Positions 26,368 through 35,260 of a stretch of DNA of 64,000 nucleotides are shown here, piece after piece (the first letter of the stretch is position 1; the number at the start of each line of letters is the position of its first letter). Origin of the DNA: a virus (taxonomy: Duplodnaviria; Caudoviricetes); the IMG/VR virus record IMGVR_UViG_3300004481_000017, positions 3,924 through 67,923 of that record. One strand, given 5' to 3'. The notes below the pieces were generated by a model that saw only the letters and a list, made by a program, of their open reading frames with translations, was not told the DNA's origin and searched no databases. A program made the position numbers and the translations under genes.

Positions 26368-26823
26368 CTAGCTCCAGTCGCAATAGTCTGCGACGTGCGA
26401 CATGATGGCGTTGTCGTTTGGGTTGCAGCTGCCTTGCAGGCAGCTCAGCCACTCCTGCGGCGGATTGCCGTAGCCCCATGTGCACCAGTAGAAGTCACAC
26501 GCAAGGTCCATCGACCCGAGCGTCGTCGCAAAAATGGCACCGTCGCCGCACGCGTCCTTGGCTTCTGGCGTCCACAGGGCAGACATCGCTTCGCAGCGCC
26601 CGAGCGCGCCGAACATGAACCAGCAGTCGAGGTCGGCCTCGCAGGCGTCCATCTCGGCGGCGCACTGGCCCCCGCCGATGGTCGCGATGCAGTCGAGGCA
26701 CGGCCAGCCGAGCGACAGCTCTCGGGCTGGAACCCAGTCGTCTTCTGGCGGCTCGTACGTTTCCTCGGTCGTGCAGGCCGCAACGGCCAGCAGCGCGGAG
26801 AGGGCGAGCGGGTATCGGGTCAT
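26368..26823 (-). CDS. Cys-rich lipoprotein (151 aa)
   Basis: MTRYPLALSALLAVAAC lipobox; CLDC..C..EMDAC..D.DC pattern; ATGA overlap with the SNF2 stop. Confidence 0.85.
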   Translation of the reverse strand: MTRYPLALSALLAVAACTTEETYEPPEDDWVPARELSLGWPCLDCIATIGGGQCAAEMDACEADLDCWFMFGALGRCEAMSALWTPEAKDACGDGAIFATTLGSMDLACDFYWCTWGYGNPPQEWLSCLQGSCNPNDNAIMSHVADYCDWS

Positions 26824-28511
26824 CGCGAAGCTCCTTGGTCCGATGGCTGCTCGATGGCAGCGTTGATGATGCTGATCTTGTGCCGCAGGATCTCGTGTAC
26901 GCGCCGTTCTAGCGCGTGGTCGCTCACCATGACGCTTACCAGGATGCTGTCGGCTGCCTGTCCGATGCGTCGCACGCGGTCGACCGCCTGTGCGTTCTCG
27001 GAGGGGACCCACGAGAGATCCACGAAGAGTACGTGGGAAGCACGTGTGAGCGTGAGCCCGTAACCGCCAGCCCGAATGGTCAGCCCTACGCCTCGCAGGT
27101 TTCCATCTTGGAACATGCGCACCGTTTCGTGCCGCGTTGCCGGCGACTCGTCGCCCGTGATGACGGCCCACCCATCGCGGCCTCGCAGGGCGTCGATGGG
27201 GGCGCGGTGCGCGCTGAACACGAGTAGTGGCGTCTCGGTTTGCTCGTACTGCTCGACAAGCGCGATGGTGTCGGCGACCCGCGACGCGGCAAGCGCGGCT
27301 CGTACTCTGGAAAGCGCCTCGAAGGGCGGCAGATCGTCGGCCTCGAACCGAGATCGCCAGCGCGACCATTCGTCGTCGAGCACTCGCGTCAGCTCGTCGT
27401 CGGGCCGACCCGTGGTGATACGAGCCCACCGAACAGCGGGCAGATCGGGCAGCACCTCCTCCTTCAGCCGCCTGAGCATCACGCGTCGAAGCTTTCCTGG
27501 CGTCTCGGGCGATGGTCTCCCAAACACGAGCCCACCCCACTTGTTCGTCGAGCCGTCGAACAGCTTGACGAAGGCAGGCCAGCCGCCAAAAGCTTCTTGG
27601 GCGAGCCCCGCCGCGTTGAGCAGCCCCCATAGGTCAAGGGGGCGGTTCATCATCGGCGTGCCCGACAGGAACCAGCACGCCGAGGCCGACCGCTGGAGCG
27701 CGATGATCGCTCTCGTGCGCGCCGCTTTGCGGTTCTGGGCCATCGTGGCCTCGTCGACCACGAGGTGCGCCCCGGTGAGCTGGTACTCGGGCGGCAGCTT
27801 GGCGAGTTGCTCCCCCTTCTTCGGTGCCGGGACCGATGGCAGTAGATCGTAGTTGGTGATGAGCAGCTCACCAAGCTTTGGTACGCGGAACGAGCCCTTG
27901 CCAGCGAGCACCTCTGGCTTGAGGTCAGGCCGCCATCTCGCACACTCGTCCGCCCAGTTGTACTTGAGGCTCGCTGGGCAGACGACCAGGCATGCGACCT
28001 GCTCGGGCAGCGCCACGAGCGCTTGAGGTGTCTTGCCAAGTCCCATCGAGTCCGCCAGCAGCGCCCTTGCACGGGAGCGCAGCCAAAGCACGCCGTCGGC
28101 CTGGTACGGGTAAAGCCCCAGCTCGACGAGCGCCTTGCGCCGTGGATCTTGGTCGGCCAGTAGCTCCGGGGCAATGGCGAGCCCGAGGCGCTTGGCGACT
28201 TCGAGCACCTTGCGCTTACTTGTGCCCATGACAGACACGCGCCAGCACTTCTCGGCGGCGTCCCACCGGGCGCCGGGTAGGGCTCGCAGCGTTGAGATCA
28301 GCTCCTTGTCGTAGGGCATGAAGATTTGCCCATCGGCGGTCAGCTCCTTGCGGGCAAAACGACTTTCGGTCTCGCGGACGAGCGCCAGGCACGGGGCGGT
28401 GTCGCACGAGAGCTGCCACTCCCAGCCCTTCGGTCGGAAGGCCCAGCCGTTGCCGACGCCGACGGGGGTCCCGCAGTAGGTGCAGATCCCTGGCTTCTTG
28501 TTGGGGAACAT
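26820..28511 (-). CDS. SNF2 helicase with N-terminal Zn finger and HARP-like domain (motif II reads DEAT)
   Basis: CTYC..C; MPYDKELI..L..LPGARWDAAEKCWRV; LYPYQ, LADSMGLGKT, VVDEAT, SGTPMMN, QAVDRVRRIGQ. Confidence 0.92.
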   Translation of the reverse strand: MFPNKKPGICTYCGTPVGVGNGWAFRPKGWEWQLSCDTAPCLALVRETESRFARKELTADGQIFMPYDKELISTLRALPGARWDAAEKCWRVSVMGTSKRKVLEVAKRLGLAIAPELLADQDPRRKALVELGLYPYQADGVLWLRSRARALLADSMGLGKTPQALVALPEQVACLVVCPASLKYNWADECARWRPDLKPEVLAGKGSFRVPKLGELLITNYDLLPSVPAPKKGEQLAKLPPEYQLTGAHLVVDEATMAQNRKAARTRAIIALQRSASACWFLSGTPMMNRPLDLWGLLNAAGLAQEAFGGWPAFVKLFDGSTNKWGGLVFGRPSPETPGKLRRVMLRRLKEEVLPDLPAVRWARITTGRPDDELTRVLDDEWSRWRSRFEADDLPPFEALSRVRAALAASRVADTIALVEQYEQTETPLLVFSAHRAPIDALRGRDGWAVITGDESPATRHETVRMFQDGNLRGVGLTIRAGGYGLTLTRASHVLFVDLSWVPSENAQAVDRVRRIGQAADSILVSVMVSDHALERRVHEILRHKISIINAAIEQPSDQGASR

Positions 28512-28816
28512 CAGCCTTTCGCTTCCAGCTCACGGATGGCCCAGAAGTAGCCGCAGCGCACCGAGCAGAAGTAGCCATTCCCACCGTGTCCCCACCGCCC
28601 GCACCAGTAGTCGAGCACGCGCTCGGCTTGCGAGTCGGTCCGAGCCGGCCGCAGCACCAGCACGATGCCGTGCTCAGATGCACAACCAACCACCGGGCGC
28701 GGGCCATCGGGCATGGCCGACCACCACCGGAGCATGTACTTGCGAAGTAACTTGCCGCACGTGCGGCACGTCGGCCCGCGGCTTCGCTCATTCATGTCGT
28801 TCATCGTCGGCTCCAT
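28511..28816 (-). CDS. Zn-binding hypothetical protein
   Basis: CRTCG and YFCSVRCG. Confidence 0.7.
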   Translation of the reverse strand: MEPTMNDMNERSRGPTCRTCGKLLRKYMLRWWSAMPDGPRPVVGCASEHGIVLVLRPARTDSQAERVLDYWCGRWGHGGNGYFCSVRCGYFWAIRELEAKG

Positions 28817-29150
28817 TCCGCTCCCGAGGCATCAAGAGCCCCGAGACGAACTTGTTGCAGGACGGGCACGGGTGCGTGAACCACATGCCGCCGCGCGTGA
28901 CGCTCGGGTAGAACAAGACCACCACCGGCCCTTCGATGTGCGCTCCGCACGAGCGGCAGTCGAAGTCCGTGAGCGGCCTGGCAAAGCTAACCCGCACCGG
29001 CTCGTGCGTCTCGGGGTCGCATACCCAGTCGGGATGGCCGGCGTAGAGCAGCACCGCAGGCTCGTCTCGGATCTTGGCGGCGTTGATCCCGTCGCGCAGC
29101 CCGATGAAGTCACGGGGGGAGGACTCGGACCAAAGGATGTCGTCAGCCAT
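28788..29150 (-). CDS. Zn-ribbon hypothetical protein
   Basis: ATG 29150 after AGGAGG-like AGGAGGT; CRSC and CPSC. Confidence 0.7.
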   Translation of the reverse strand: MADDILWSESSPRDFIGLRDGINAAKIRDEPAVLLYAGHPDWVCDPETHEPVRVSFARPLTDFDCRSCGAHIEGPVVVLFYPSVTRGGMWFTHPCPSCNKFVSGLLMPRERNGADDERHE

Positions 29151-29161
29151 ACTCGTACCTC

Positions 29162-29902
29162 CTAGAGCGGGCAGGCGCCGATTACTTCGTTCGCCTGCTC
29201 GCGGATTTCGTCGGCCCATGCCGACTTGCCTTCCTCTTGGGCTTCCTCCCACGCTTTGTGTTGCTCCTCCCAAGCGTCGTGCGCTTCTTCCCACGCGTCG
29301 TGAGCGGTCAGCCAGGCGGCGTATGCGTCGTTGTAGGCGATGACGGCTGCCGCGTAGGCCGCGCTGTCCTCGCCGGTCGCCTCGCCGGTCGCCTCGTCGG
29401 TCGCAGGCTCGCCAGGCTTGGCGGGCTCAAGAGGCTCGTCTGGCTCCTCGGGCTCTTCGTCCTCGGGCTCGTACTCCTCCAGCTCGCAGGCCGCGCTCTC
29501 GATGTCGTCCTTCCACGACTCCAGGCCGTCGGCCTTCTCCTCGCACTCGTCGGCCGTGGAACTTTCGGAGAAGTGCTCGCGGATGTTGTCGGCCGACGAG
29601 CGGTACTCGTCGGCGACCGATTCGATCGCGCTCGCCATGTCTTCGAGGGCGGTGCGGATCTCCTCGACGTCGTCGCCATCCCATCCCGAGACGGCGGCCT
29701 CGGCGTCCTCCTGGGCGGCGTAGACCTCGGCCATCTTCCCGCTGGTCAGATCCGACTGGCGGAAGTCGCATTTCTGACAGCGGACCATCCGCGGCGTGTG
29801 CCGTCCTTTGGCCCACTTGTAGGGCTCGCCGGCCTTGATCTCGTGCCCGCAGCGGCACTCGCCTTGGTCCTTCTGCGCCTTCGCGACTTGGTGGACTCTC
29901 AT
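29162..29902 (-). CDS. Zn-finger plus highly acidic helical protein (246 aa)
   Basis: CRCGHEIKAGEPY.W..CQKC followed by an E/D-rich region. Confidence 0.8.
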   Translation of the reverse strand: MRVHQVAKAQKDQGECRCGHEIKAGEPYKWAKGRHTPRMVRCQKCDFRQSDLTSGKMAEVYAAQEDAEAAVSGWDGDDVEEIRTALEDMASAIESVADEYRSSADNIREHFSESSTADECEEKADGLESWKDDIESAACELEEYEPEDEEPEEPDEPLEPAKPGEPATDEATGEATGEDSAAYAAAVIAYNDAYAAWLTAHDAWEEAHDAWEEQHKAWEEAQEEGKSAWADEIREQANEVIGACPL

Positions 29903-30357
29903 GATGGATGCTCCTCCTGGGAAGGCTTGCTACAGTAGCCGTAGACGCAGCGCGTGCCGCCGCGCGTGCTGTCGTGGTTGTCGTAGATGACGCCGTCGAC
30001 CACGGCGACGTAGTGCCGCGTCACGCTGACCACGAGGCGGCCGGTCGGCAGCTCGTCGGATCGCAAATGTACTTTGCAGCCCGAGCCGATGGTCATGGTC
30101 GGCGTCCATTGCCAGCCGAGACGCTCCATCACACGGTGCGCCGTTCCTTTGAACACGCCCGTGCGCGCGCTTGAGCGCTTCCCCTTGCGGCGACGTGCGC
30201 CGGGGTGCTCGTGCTGAGCCGCCTCGTTGATCATCGCGTAGACCTCGGCGTAGGGCACCTCGGCAGCAATGGCGACGGCGCGGCACAAGCAGTCGCCGGT
30301 CTGGCCCTTGAATCCGGCAGCCGCACGGCCGCCGTCGTGATCGACGAATGCGCTCAC
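29899..30357 (-). CDS. Phage protein with papain/C39-like C-H-D motifs
   Basis: GDCLCRAVAIA, VTRHYVAVVDGVIYDNHD, VYGY. Confidence 0.75.
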   Translation of the reverse strand: MSAFVDHDGGRAAAGFKGQTGDCLCRAVAIAAEVPYAEVYAMINEAAQHEHPGARRRKGKRSSARTGVFKGTAHRVMERLGWQWTPTMTIGSGCKVHLRSDELPTGRLVVSVTRHYVAVVDGVIYDNHDSTRGGTRCVYGYCSKPSQEEHPS

Positions 30358-30632
30358 GTGTCCTCCTGCGCCGGCTCCGCGTACACGCTGCTCTTGTACG
30401 CCCCGAGCCAGCGAAACTCGTCGACCGGGTACACGTCGAACACCTTGACGCTGGCCAGATCCGGCCGGCGCTTGGCGAACGCCCGGAACCACCGCGCGAA
30501 CCGCGACTTGTAGCAGTCCTCATAGATGCCGCCCCTCCAGGCGATGTGCGCCAGGGCTTGGGCGTAGGGCTCCTTGAGGTTCGCGGGGGCCTTGATCGAC
30601 CCCCAAAACGTGTGGTGCCAGATGTCTGCCAT
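30354..30632 (-). CDS. Hypothetical protein
   Basis: ATG 30632 after GGAGG; GTGA overlap. Confidence 0.65.
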   Translation of the reverse strand: MADIWHHTFWGSIKAPANLKEPYAQALAHIAWRGGIYEDCYKSRFARWFRAFAKRRPDLASVKVFDVYPVDEFRWLGAYKSSVYAEPAQEDT

Positions 30633-30646
30633 GGTGGTGTCCTCCA

Positions 30647-30964
30647 TCAGATGCTCGGGACCAGATCCGCCCACTGACCGGCCGACGCGCGTAGCTCGTC
30701 GAGCCGTTGCCGGTACGACCGGCGCGCCTCGATGACCTTCTCGGCGCACCGCTTGTCGATTTCGTCCAGGGCTTCCTGGCGGGCCGCCTGGTCCAGCTCG
30801 GTCGACCGGCGACCCGCCCAGCGCGCCCACTCAAAGCACGTGGCCACGTAGCGCTGGCGCTCGGCACGACGAAGCAACCTGTTGCGCACGCGCTTGGCCC
30901 GTTCGATCGCGGTGAGCACTTCGCTGTCAGTCACGATGCGGCCTCCCAGCTCCACTCTGTGCAT
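30647..30964 (-). CDS. Hypothetical helical protein
   Basis: Charged helical sequence; operon context. Confidence 0.55.
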   Translation of the reverse strand: MHRVELGGRIVTDSEVLTAIERAKRVRNRLLRRAERQRYVATCFEWARWAGRRSTELDQAARQEALDEIDKRCAEKVIEARRSYRQRLDELRASAGQWADLVPSI

Positions 30965-31326
30965 GGCTCCAGAGCCCCGGTGTTGAGGTTGCGACTCGGC
31001 CCGTGAATCCACCACGAGCGGCCGTCATGGTCCAACGGGTCGACCGGCTCGATGTTCCAGTACGGGTCGAGCCATTCGTCGTTCCAGTGGCACAAATCCT
31101 CGCGTGACGTACGCGTGACGCGGAAGCGTATGGGCGGATCAAAGCGCACGTCGCAGCTGTCCGAGCCGACCATGCACGAGGCGCCGCGCACGAGCATCAC
31201 TCGGCCGACCGCTTGCAGGTACTCGCCGAGGGCCAGCGCTTCCAGCTCCTCGGCCGACACTTGGATCGGCGGGGGTGCCAGCCACATGAGCCCGCGCATG
31301 ATGATGTCGTCGTCGCTCTCGACCAT
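30931..31326 (-). CDS. Hypothetical protein
   Basis: ATG 31326 after GAGGTGAG. Confidence 0.65.
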   Translation of the reverse strand: MVESDDDIIMRGLMWLAPPPIQVSAEELEALALGEYLQAVGRVMLVRGASCMVGSDSCDVRFDPPIRFRVTRTSREDLCHWNDEWLDPYWNIEPVDPLDHDGRSWWIHGPSRNLNTGALEPCTEWSWEAAS

Positions 31327-31331
31327 GTAGC

Positions 31332-31880
31332 TCACCTCGCGCATGCGGCGTGGAACGCGCGCCAGAACTGGATCGTGTACTCGCCCGTGGGCAACCGGAA
31401 TGCGAGCCCCGGCCCAGCTTGCACGACCGTGGTCGCGGCGGGCTCGGGCTCGGCTTGTTTCGGCGCCAGCTCGGGAGCCACCTTCGGCTCGCTCGGGGCC
31501 GGCGGCTCGGCCGTCACCTCGTGGCCCGCAACCGTGACGTCGAAGCTGGACGTGTCGCCGTAGGCCGGCACCAGCTCCGCGCGCAGGTCGAGCCCCCCGC
31601 GCCCGTTGTGCCAGCGCAGGTGTAGGCCCTTCGGGTCGAGCCAGGCAATCACTTGGCCCATGGGGCGCATCGCCGTGCGGACCTCTCGCAGGCGCGAGCG
31701 GCGCACCGTCCAGGTTTCGTCGCCAGAGACGAGGCGCACGTAGCGCACATCGGGGTGGTCGACGAGCGCTCGCAGGTGCTCCCACGCGAGCGCCACGACG
31801 TCGCCCGAGCGAGCGGCGCTCTCGGCGAGAGCGGCAGCGGCGAGAGCGGCCTTGGCCTTGAGCTTGGATTTGTCGCTCAC
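31332..31880 (-). CDS. Hypothetical protein (182 aa)
   Basis: GTG after GAGGAG. Confidence 0.65.
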   Translation of the reverse strand: MSDKSKLKAKAALAAAALAESAARSGDVVALAWEHLRALVDHPDVRYVRLVSGDETWTVRRSRLREVRTAMRPMGQVIAWLDPKGLHLRWHNGRGGLDLRAELVPAYGDTSSFDVTVAGHEVTAEPPAPSEPKVAPELAPKQAEPEPAATTVVQAGPGLAFRLPTGEYTIQFWRAFHAACAR

Positions 31881-31882
31881 GG

Positions 31883-32068
31883 TCAGTGCTCCTCGGTTGC
31901 GATGTGCAGCCCGTAGGTGTCGACGGTCGCCGGGCTGTCATCGGACGTCAGTAGGCCGTTTTCCGCAGCGTGCTTCACGACGTGCCGCAGGCACCCGTCC
32001 GGGTCGAAGTTTTCGTCGCCGCCGTCGTCGTAGACGACCACGAGCGTCATCGTGGCTCGGATCTTCAT
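31883..32068 (-). CDS. Hypothetical protein
   Basis: ATG after GGAGGAGG; ATGA overlap. Confidence 0.65.
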   Translation of the reverse strand: MKIRATMTLVVVYDDGGDENFDPDGCLRHVVKHAAENGLLTSDDSPATVDTYGLHIATEEH

Positions 32069-32367
32069 TCCTCCTCCTCGGGCTCGGGGTCCGGCTCGCA
32101 CCGGACGCTCGGCCAGTAGGCAACGATCTGCCGGCCCATCGAGTCGGTGTGGGTGCCGCGCACGAGGCGCGCCATCTCGCGCATCTCGTCGGCGTAGTTC
32201 TCCTCGGTCGCGTCGCCGGCCGCGACGTCGATCATCTCGGCCAGCACCTCGAAGGCGCTATCCACGTGGACCGACAGGCAATACTTGCCGCACATGCCGC
32301 GCCCCGAGTAGGACTGCGGCTCGTATCCGGCGCTGCGGAGCAGGACGGAAAGCTTCTTTGCGTCCAT
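32065..32367 (-). CDS. Conserved phage hypothetical protein
   Basis: YSGRGMCGKYC...DSMG..IVAYWP, a recurrent phage motif. Confidence 0.75.
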   Translation of the reverse strand: MDAKKLSVLLRSAGYEPQSYSGRGMCGKYCLSVHVDSAFEVLAEMIDVAAGDATEENYADEMREMARLVRGTHTDSMGRQIVAYWPSVRCEPDPEPEEEE

Positions 32368-32385
32368 GGTTCTCACCTCCATAAA

Positions 32386-33141
32386 TCAGGCACCCCAGCA
32401 CCAAGTCGCCTTGATGTGAGGGCAATTCCGGGCAAGACGACGGCACTCCCATGAGTTGCCGCCGTAACGCGGGAAGATGTCGACGAGCGCGATGTCGGCG
32501 GTAAGCAGCGGCATGACCTTGTAGGCATCGCCGACGATCACCTCGACGGGCATCCCAAGGTGCGGCGCGAGGCGTGGCACGAGCCACTCCACAAGCTCAG
32601 CGTCGCGCTCCACGAGCACGAGGCTCGTTACCTGCCGGCGGTGGCTGACCTCGACGAGCTGGTGCCCGAGCCCGAGCCCCGCAACCACCACGCGACCCTT
32701 GGCTTTGCGTGTGCCGGGTCGGAGCGTGAGCATTTCCATGGGCGTGATCGACATCCACGGCTCGGGCGACCACCGCTCGGCCCAATCGCTCCACTGGTGC
32801 AGCGCAGGGGCCAGTGCCGGCCCGTCAAACATCACGTTGCCGCGTCGCTTGCCGCTGGCGATTTCAAGCCGTTCGCCTCGGGGCACGACTTTCTCCACGT
32901 AGCACCACCGCCCGCTCGGGCTGACGGCCATGTGCTCGTCGGTTGCTAGGCCGATGTACCCGCCATGGAGCGGGGCCACCTCGAACAAGCGACGAGGCTC
33001 CCAGCTCGACGCGCGGAGCGTCAGCTCGCGATCGAACTTTGTGGTGGGCGTCCAGTCGACGGCTCCAGCCAGCCGCGCTGGGCGGTCCTCTCGCCGGGGC
33101 GTTGCAAACGTCGGTTGCAGCAGTGCCCTAAGTCCTAGCAT
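32386..33141 (-). CDS. Class I SAM-dependent methyltransferase, spermidine-synthase-like
   Basis: RVVVAGLGLG, VLVERD, VIVGDAY, DIALVDIFP. Confidence 0.8.
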   Translation of the reverse strand: MLGLRALLQPTFATPRREDRPARLAGAVDWTPTTKFDRELTLRASSWEPRRLFEVAPLHGGYIGLATDEHMAVSPSGRWCYVEKVVPRGERLEIASGKRRGNVMFDGPALAPALHQWSDWAERWSPEPWMSITPMEMLTLRPGTRKAKGRVVVAGLGLGHQLVEVSHRRQVTSLVLVERDAELVEWLVPRLAPHLGMPVEVIVGDAYKVMPLLTADIALVDIFPRYGGNSWECRRLARNCPHIKATWCWGA

Positions 33142-33150
33142 CGGGTCCTC

Positions 33151-33417
33151 CTAGGCTTGCAGTTCAGGCTTGATGGTTCCGCACTCCAGACAGCGGTAGC
33201 CGCGCACACCGTCGCTGCTCACGTGTCGGCCGTTCTGGTAGGAAAAGCCCCTGCAGCCGCAGACGGAGCAGCTCCCATCGGTCATGCGTTTGCCCGTAGC
33301 GCCCCAGGCCCCGCCCGCGAGCGGGCAGAGGTACGCTTCCCACGGCTTCGGCCCGACGATGGCCCGGTGGCCGGTCTTGCCGCAGGCCATGCACACGCAG
33401 GTGGTTTGCTTGGGCAT
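33151..33417 (-). CDS. Multi-Zn-finger small protein
   Basis: CMAC, CSVCGC, CLECG. Confidence 0.6.
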   Translation of the reverse strand: MPKQTTCVCMACGKTGHRAIVGPKPWEAYLCPLAGGAWGATGKRMTDGSCSVCGCRGFSYQNGRHVSSDGVRGYRCLECGTIKPELQA

Positions 33418-33418
33418 G

Positions 33419-33733
33419 TTACAGATCGCCCTTTCGTGCCAGGTCGAAGGCATTGCGCCAGTACGCAATGCCGTGGCGCTCGCACCAGCGCCACGGCGGC
33501 TCGTGAGAACCATTCGCGTGACGCTCCCGGTCCGTAACGAAGCCGTTGGCTTCGAGCCACGAGAAGGCCCGCCACTCATAGTGGTCGTCGTAGCCGTAGG
33601 CGGGGCCGGTCTGGCCGACCGCAACGCCGTTGACCAGCATGACCGCCGAGCAGTAGGTGTTGCCGTTCTTCCGGTCGAACCAGCGCCGGCCGATGATCGT
33701 GAGCGACCGAATCTTTCCACGCTTGGGCTTCAT
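33419..33733 (-). CDS. Conserved phage hypothetical protein
   Basis: GRRWFDRKNGNTY...YGY..HY motif; SD AAGGAG. Confidence 0.75.
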   Translation of the reverse strand: MKPKRGKIRSLTIIGRRWFDRKNGNTYCSAVMLVNGVAVGQTGPAYGYDDHYEWRAFSWLEANGFVTDRERHANGSHEPPWRWCERHGIAYWRNAFDLARKGDL

Positions 33734-33757
33734 GGCTTTCGCTCCTTCTGGTCGCTG

Positions 33758-34048
33758 CTAGCTTGTGGCAACCCGACTGCGCTTGCGAGCCGCTCGCACC
33801 GCGACGGTCGAGCCATTCCTGGTTGCGATGCGGTAGTCGGGAGCGCAAGCGCGCTCCGGTATGAACACGTCGTGCGTGCCTTCCTGGCACCCCCACGCGT
33901 TGTCGTCCTCGAACCCGTGGCCATCGTCAGCCCTCCAGACGGCGGCGGCGATGGCATCATCCGTTGCCGAGCAGTTGTCAGGAACGGCCACGATCACGGT
34001 CTTGGTCTGGCGGACCAACATCGCCAGCTCGACGACTACTTTACGCAT
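33758..34048 (-). CDS. Hypothetical protein (96 aa)
   Basis: Operon context. Confidence 0.65.
   Translation of the reverse strand: MRKVVVELAMLVRQTKTVIVAVPDNCSATDDAIAAAVWRADDGHGFEDDNAWGCQEGTHDVFIPERACAPDYRIATRNGSTVAVRAARKRSRVATS
33761..33780 (-). repeat. 20-bp junction motif, copy 1
   Basis: Minus strand GCAGTCGGGTTGCCACAAGC; 27 nt before ATG 33733. Confidence 0.8.
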
Positions 34049-34051
34049 GGA

Positions 34052-34423
34052 TCACTTCTCCTCAGTTAGGACAGTGACGACGCCGGCAGCCTTGAGCGTG
34101 CGAGCCGCCAGCTCGGCCGCCTCGACGGCAGCTCGTCGGCTGACGGACGACGGGTGGCGGCTAAGCACCTGGCCCCCCACCACCACCTCGGTCGTGCGTC
34201 CGCGGCGGTCCAGCTTGTCGCACAACTCGATCTTGACGGTGCGATACCCTACCCAGCTCGCTGGCAGGAAGCCGCCCCGACAGATCCACTCGGAGAGCGC
34301 CAGCACCAGCTCGGATAGGCGCCGGGCGTCGCCCATGTCGGGCGACTGGTCTGGCTCCGGGTCGTCGGCCAAGAACGCAGCCGCTAGGGCAAGCTGCTCG
34401 CGCAGGTTCGCGTTGGGGTCCAT
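34052..34423 (-). CDS. Phage hypothetical protein (MDPNANL-type N-terminus)
   Basis: MDPNANL..QL...L..W...GGFLP; SD GGAGG. Confidence 0.75.
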   Translation of the reverse strand: MDPNANLREQLALAAAFLADDPEPDQSPDMGDARRLSELVLALSEWICRGGFLPASWVGYRTVKIELCDKLDRRGRTTEVVVGGQVLSRHPSSVSRRAAVEAAELAARTLKAAGVVTVLTEEK

Positions 34424-34435
34424 GTCAGTCCTCCG

Positions 34436-35260
34436 TCATGCGAGGCGATACGTCCACGCAGCCAGCTCGGCCGCCTCGGCCTCGTGCTCGGCGGTTGGCT
34501 CGGGCGCGCCAGCCAGGCGCGCAATGGTCTGCGCAATGCGAGCGGCCGGCGTCGCGCCAGCGCTCGGCACCGCTCGGGCGGGCGCGACGCGCGCGGCCAC
34601 CTCGGCCGACGACTCACCAGCACGAGCGGTGCGCACGTCGTCTACCTTGAGCGGCTCCAGGTATACCACCATGTCGAACGGGAGCAGGCCCACAATGCGC
34701 CCCAGGCGATCCAGGTAGCTCGACTTGGCCTCTTTGCTGCACGAGCACTGGGCCGCAGAGCCGTGCCGCCCGCAGGGACAAGCGTTGGTGGCGCCGACGA
34801 GTAGCGGAGCGGCCGGGTAGACCACTCGCTCGTCCTTGCGGTACACCGACACGTGGCCCACGTTGAGCACGCCGGCCACGTCAGCCAGCACGCTGCGTCG
34901 AAACTCGGGCAGCTCATCTAGGAAGAGTACGCCTGCGTGTGCGAGGCTCACCTCGCCGGGTCGCACGGGCGAGCCGCCGCCAAGCATGCCAGCCGCGCTC
35001 ACGGTATGGTGCGGCGCTCGGAACGGCCGGTCGACCCGCGGCTCGGGTCCGAAGCCTGCGGCCGTGTAGACCGCGGCCAGCTCGTCGCGCTCGGCTGCGG
35101 TGAGCGGCGGCATGATGGTCGGCAGCCGCCGGGCGAGCATCGTCTTGCCCGCGCCGGGCGGGCCGACGAGCAGCAGGCTGTGGTTGCCGGCGGCGGCGAT
35201 CTCAAGGGCGCGCCTCGCACGCTCCTGCCCGCGCACGTCTGCCATGTCGATGTCAGGCAT
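34436..35260 (-). CDS. comM: Truncated ComM/YifB (Mg-chelatase-like) AAA+ domain lacking trans-acting arginines
   Basis: DVRGQ..RRALEIAAAG.H.LLLVGPPGAGKTMLARR, RPFRAPHH, GEVSLAH.GVLFLDELPEF; no N-terminal Lon-like domain. Confidence 0.9.
   Translation of the reverse strand: MPDIDMADVRGQERARRALEIAAAGNHSLLLVGPPGAGKTMLARRLPTIMPPLTAAERDELAAVYTAAGFGPEPRVDRPFRAPHHTVSAAGMLGGGSPVRPGEVSLAHAGVLFLDELPEFRRSVLADVAGVLNVGHVSVYRKDERVVYPAAPLLVGATNACPCGRHGSAAQCSCSKEAKSSYLDRLGRIVGLLPFDMVVYLEPLKVDDVRTARAGESSAEVAARVAPARAVPSAGATPAARIAQTIARLAGAPEPTAEHEAEAAELAAWTYRLA

Noticed and set aside
24931-27063. 710-aa plus-strand ORF
   Set aside because: Antisense to five well-formed minus-strand genes with recognisable motifs.
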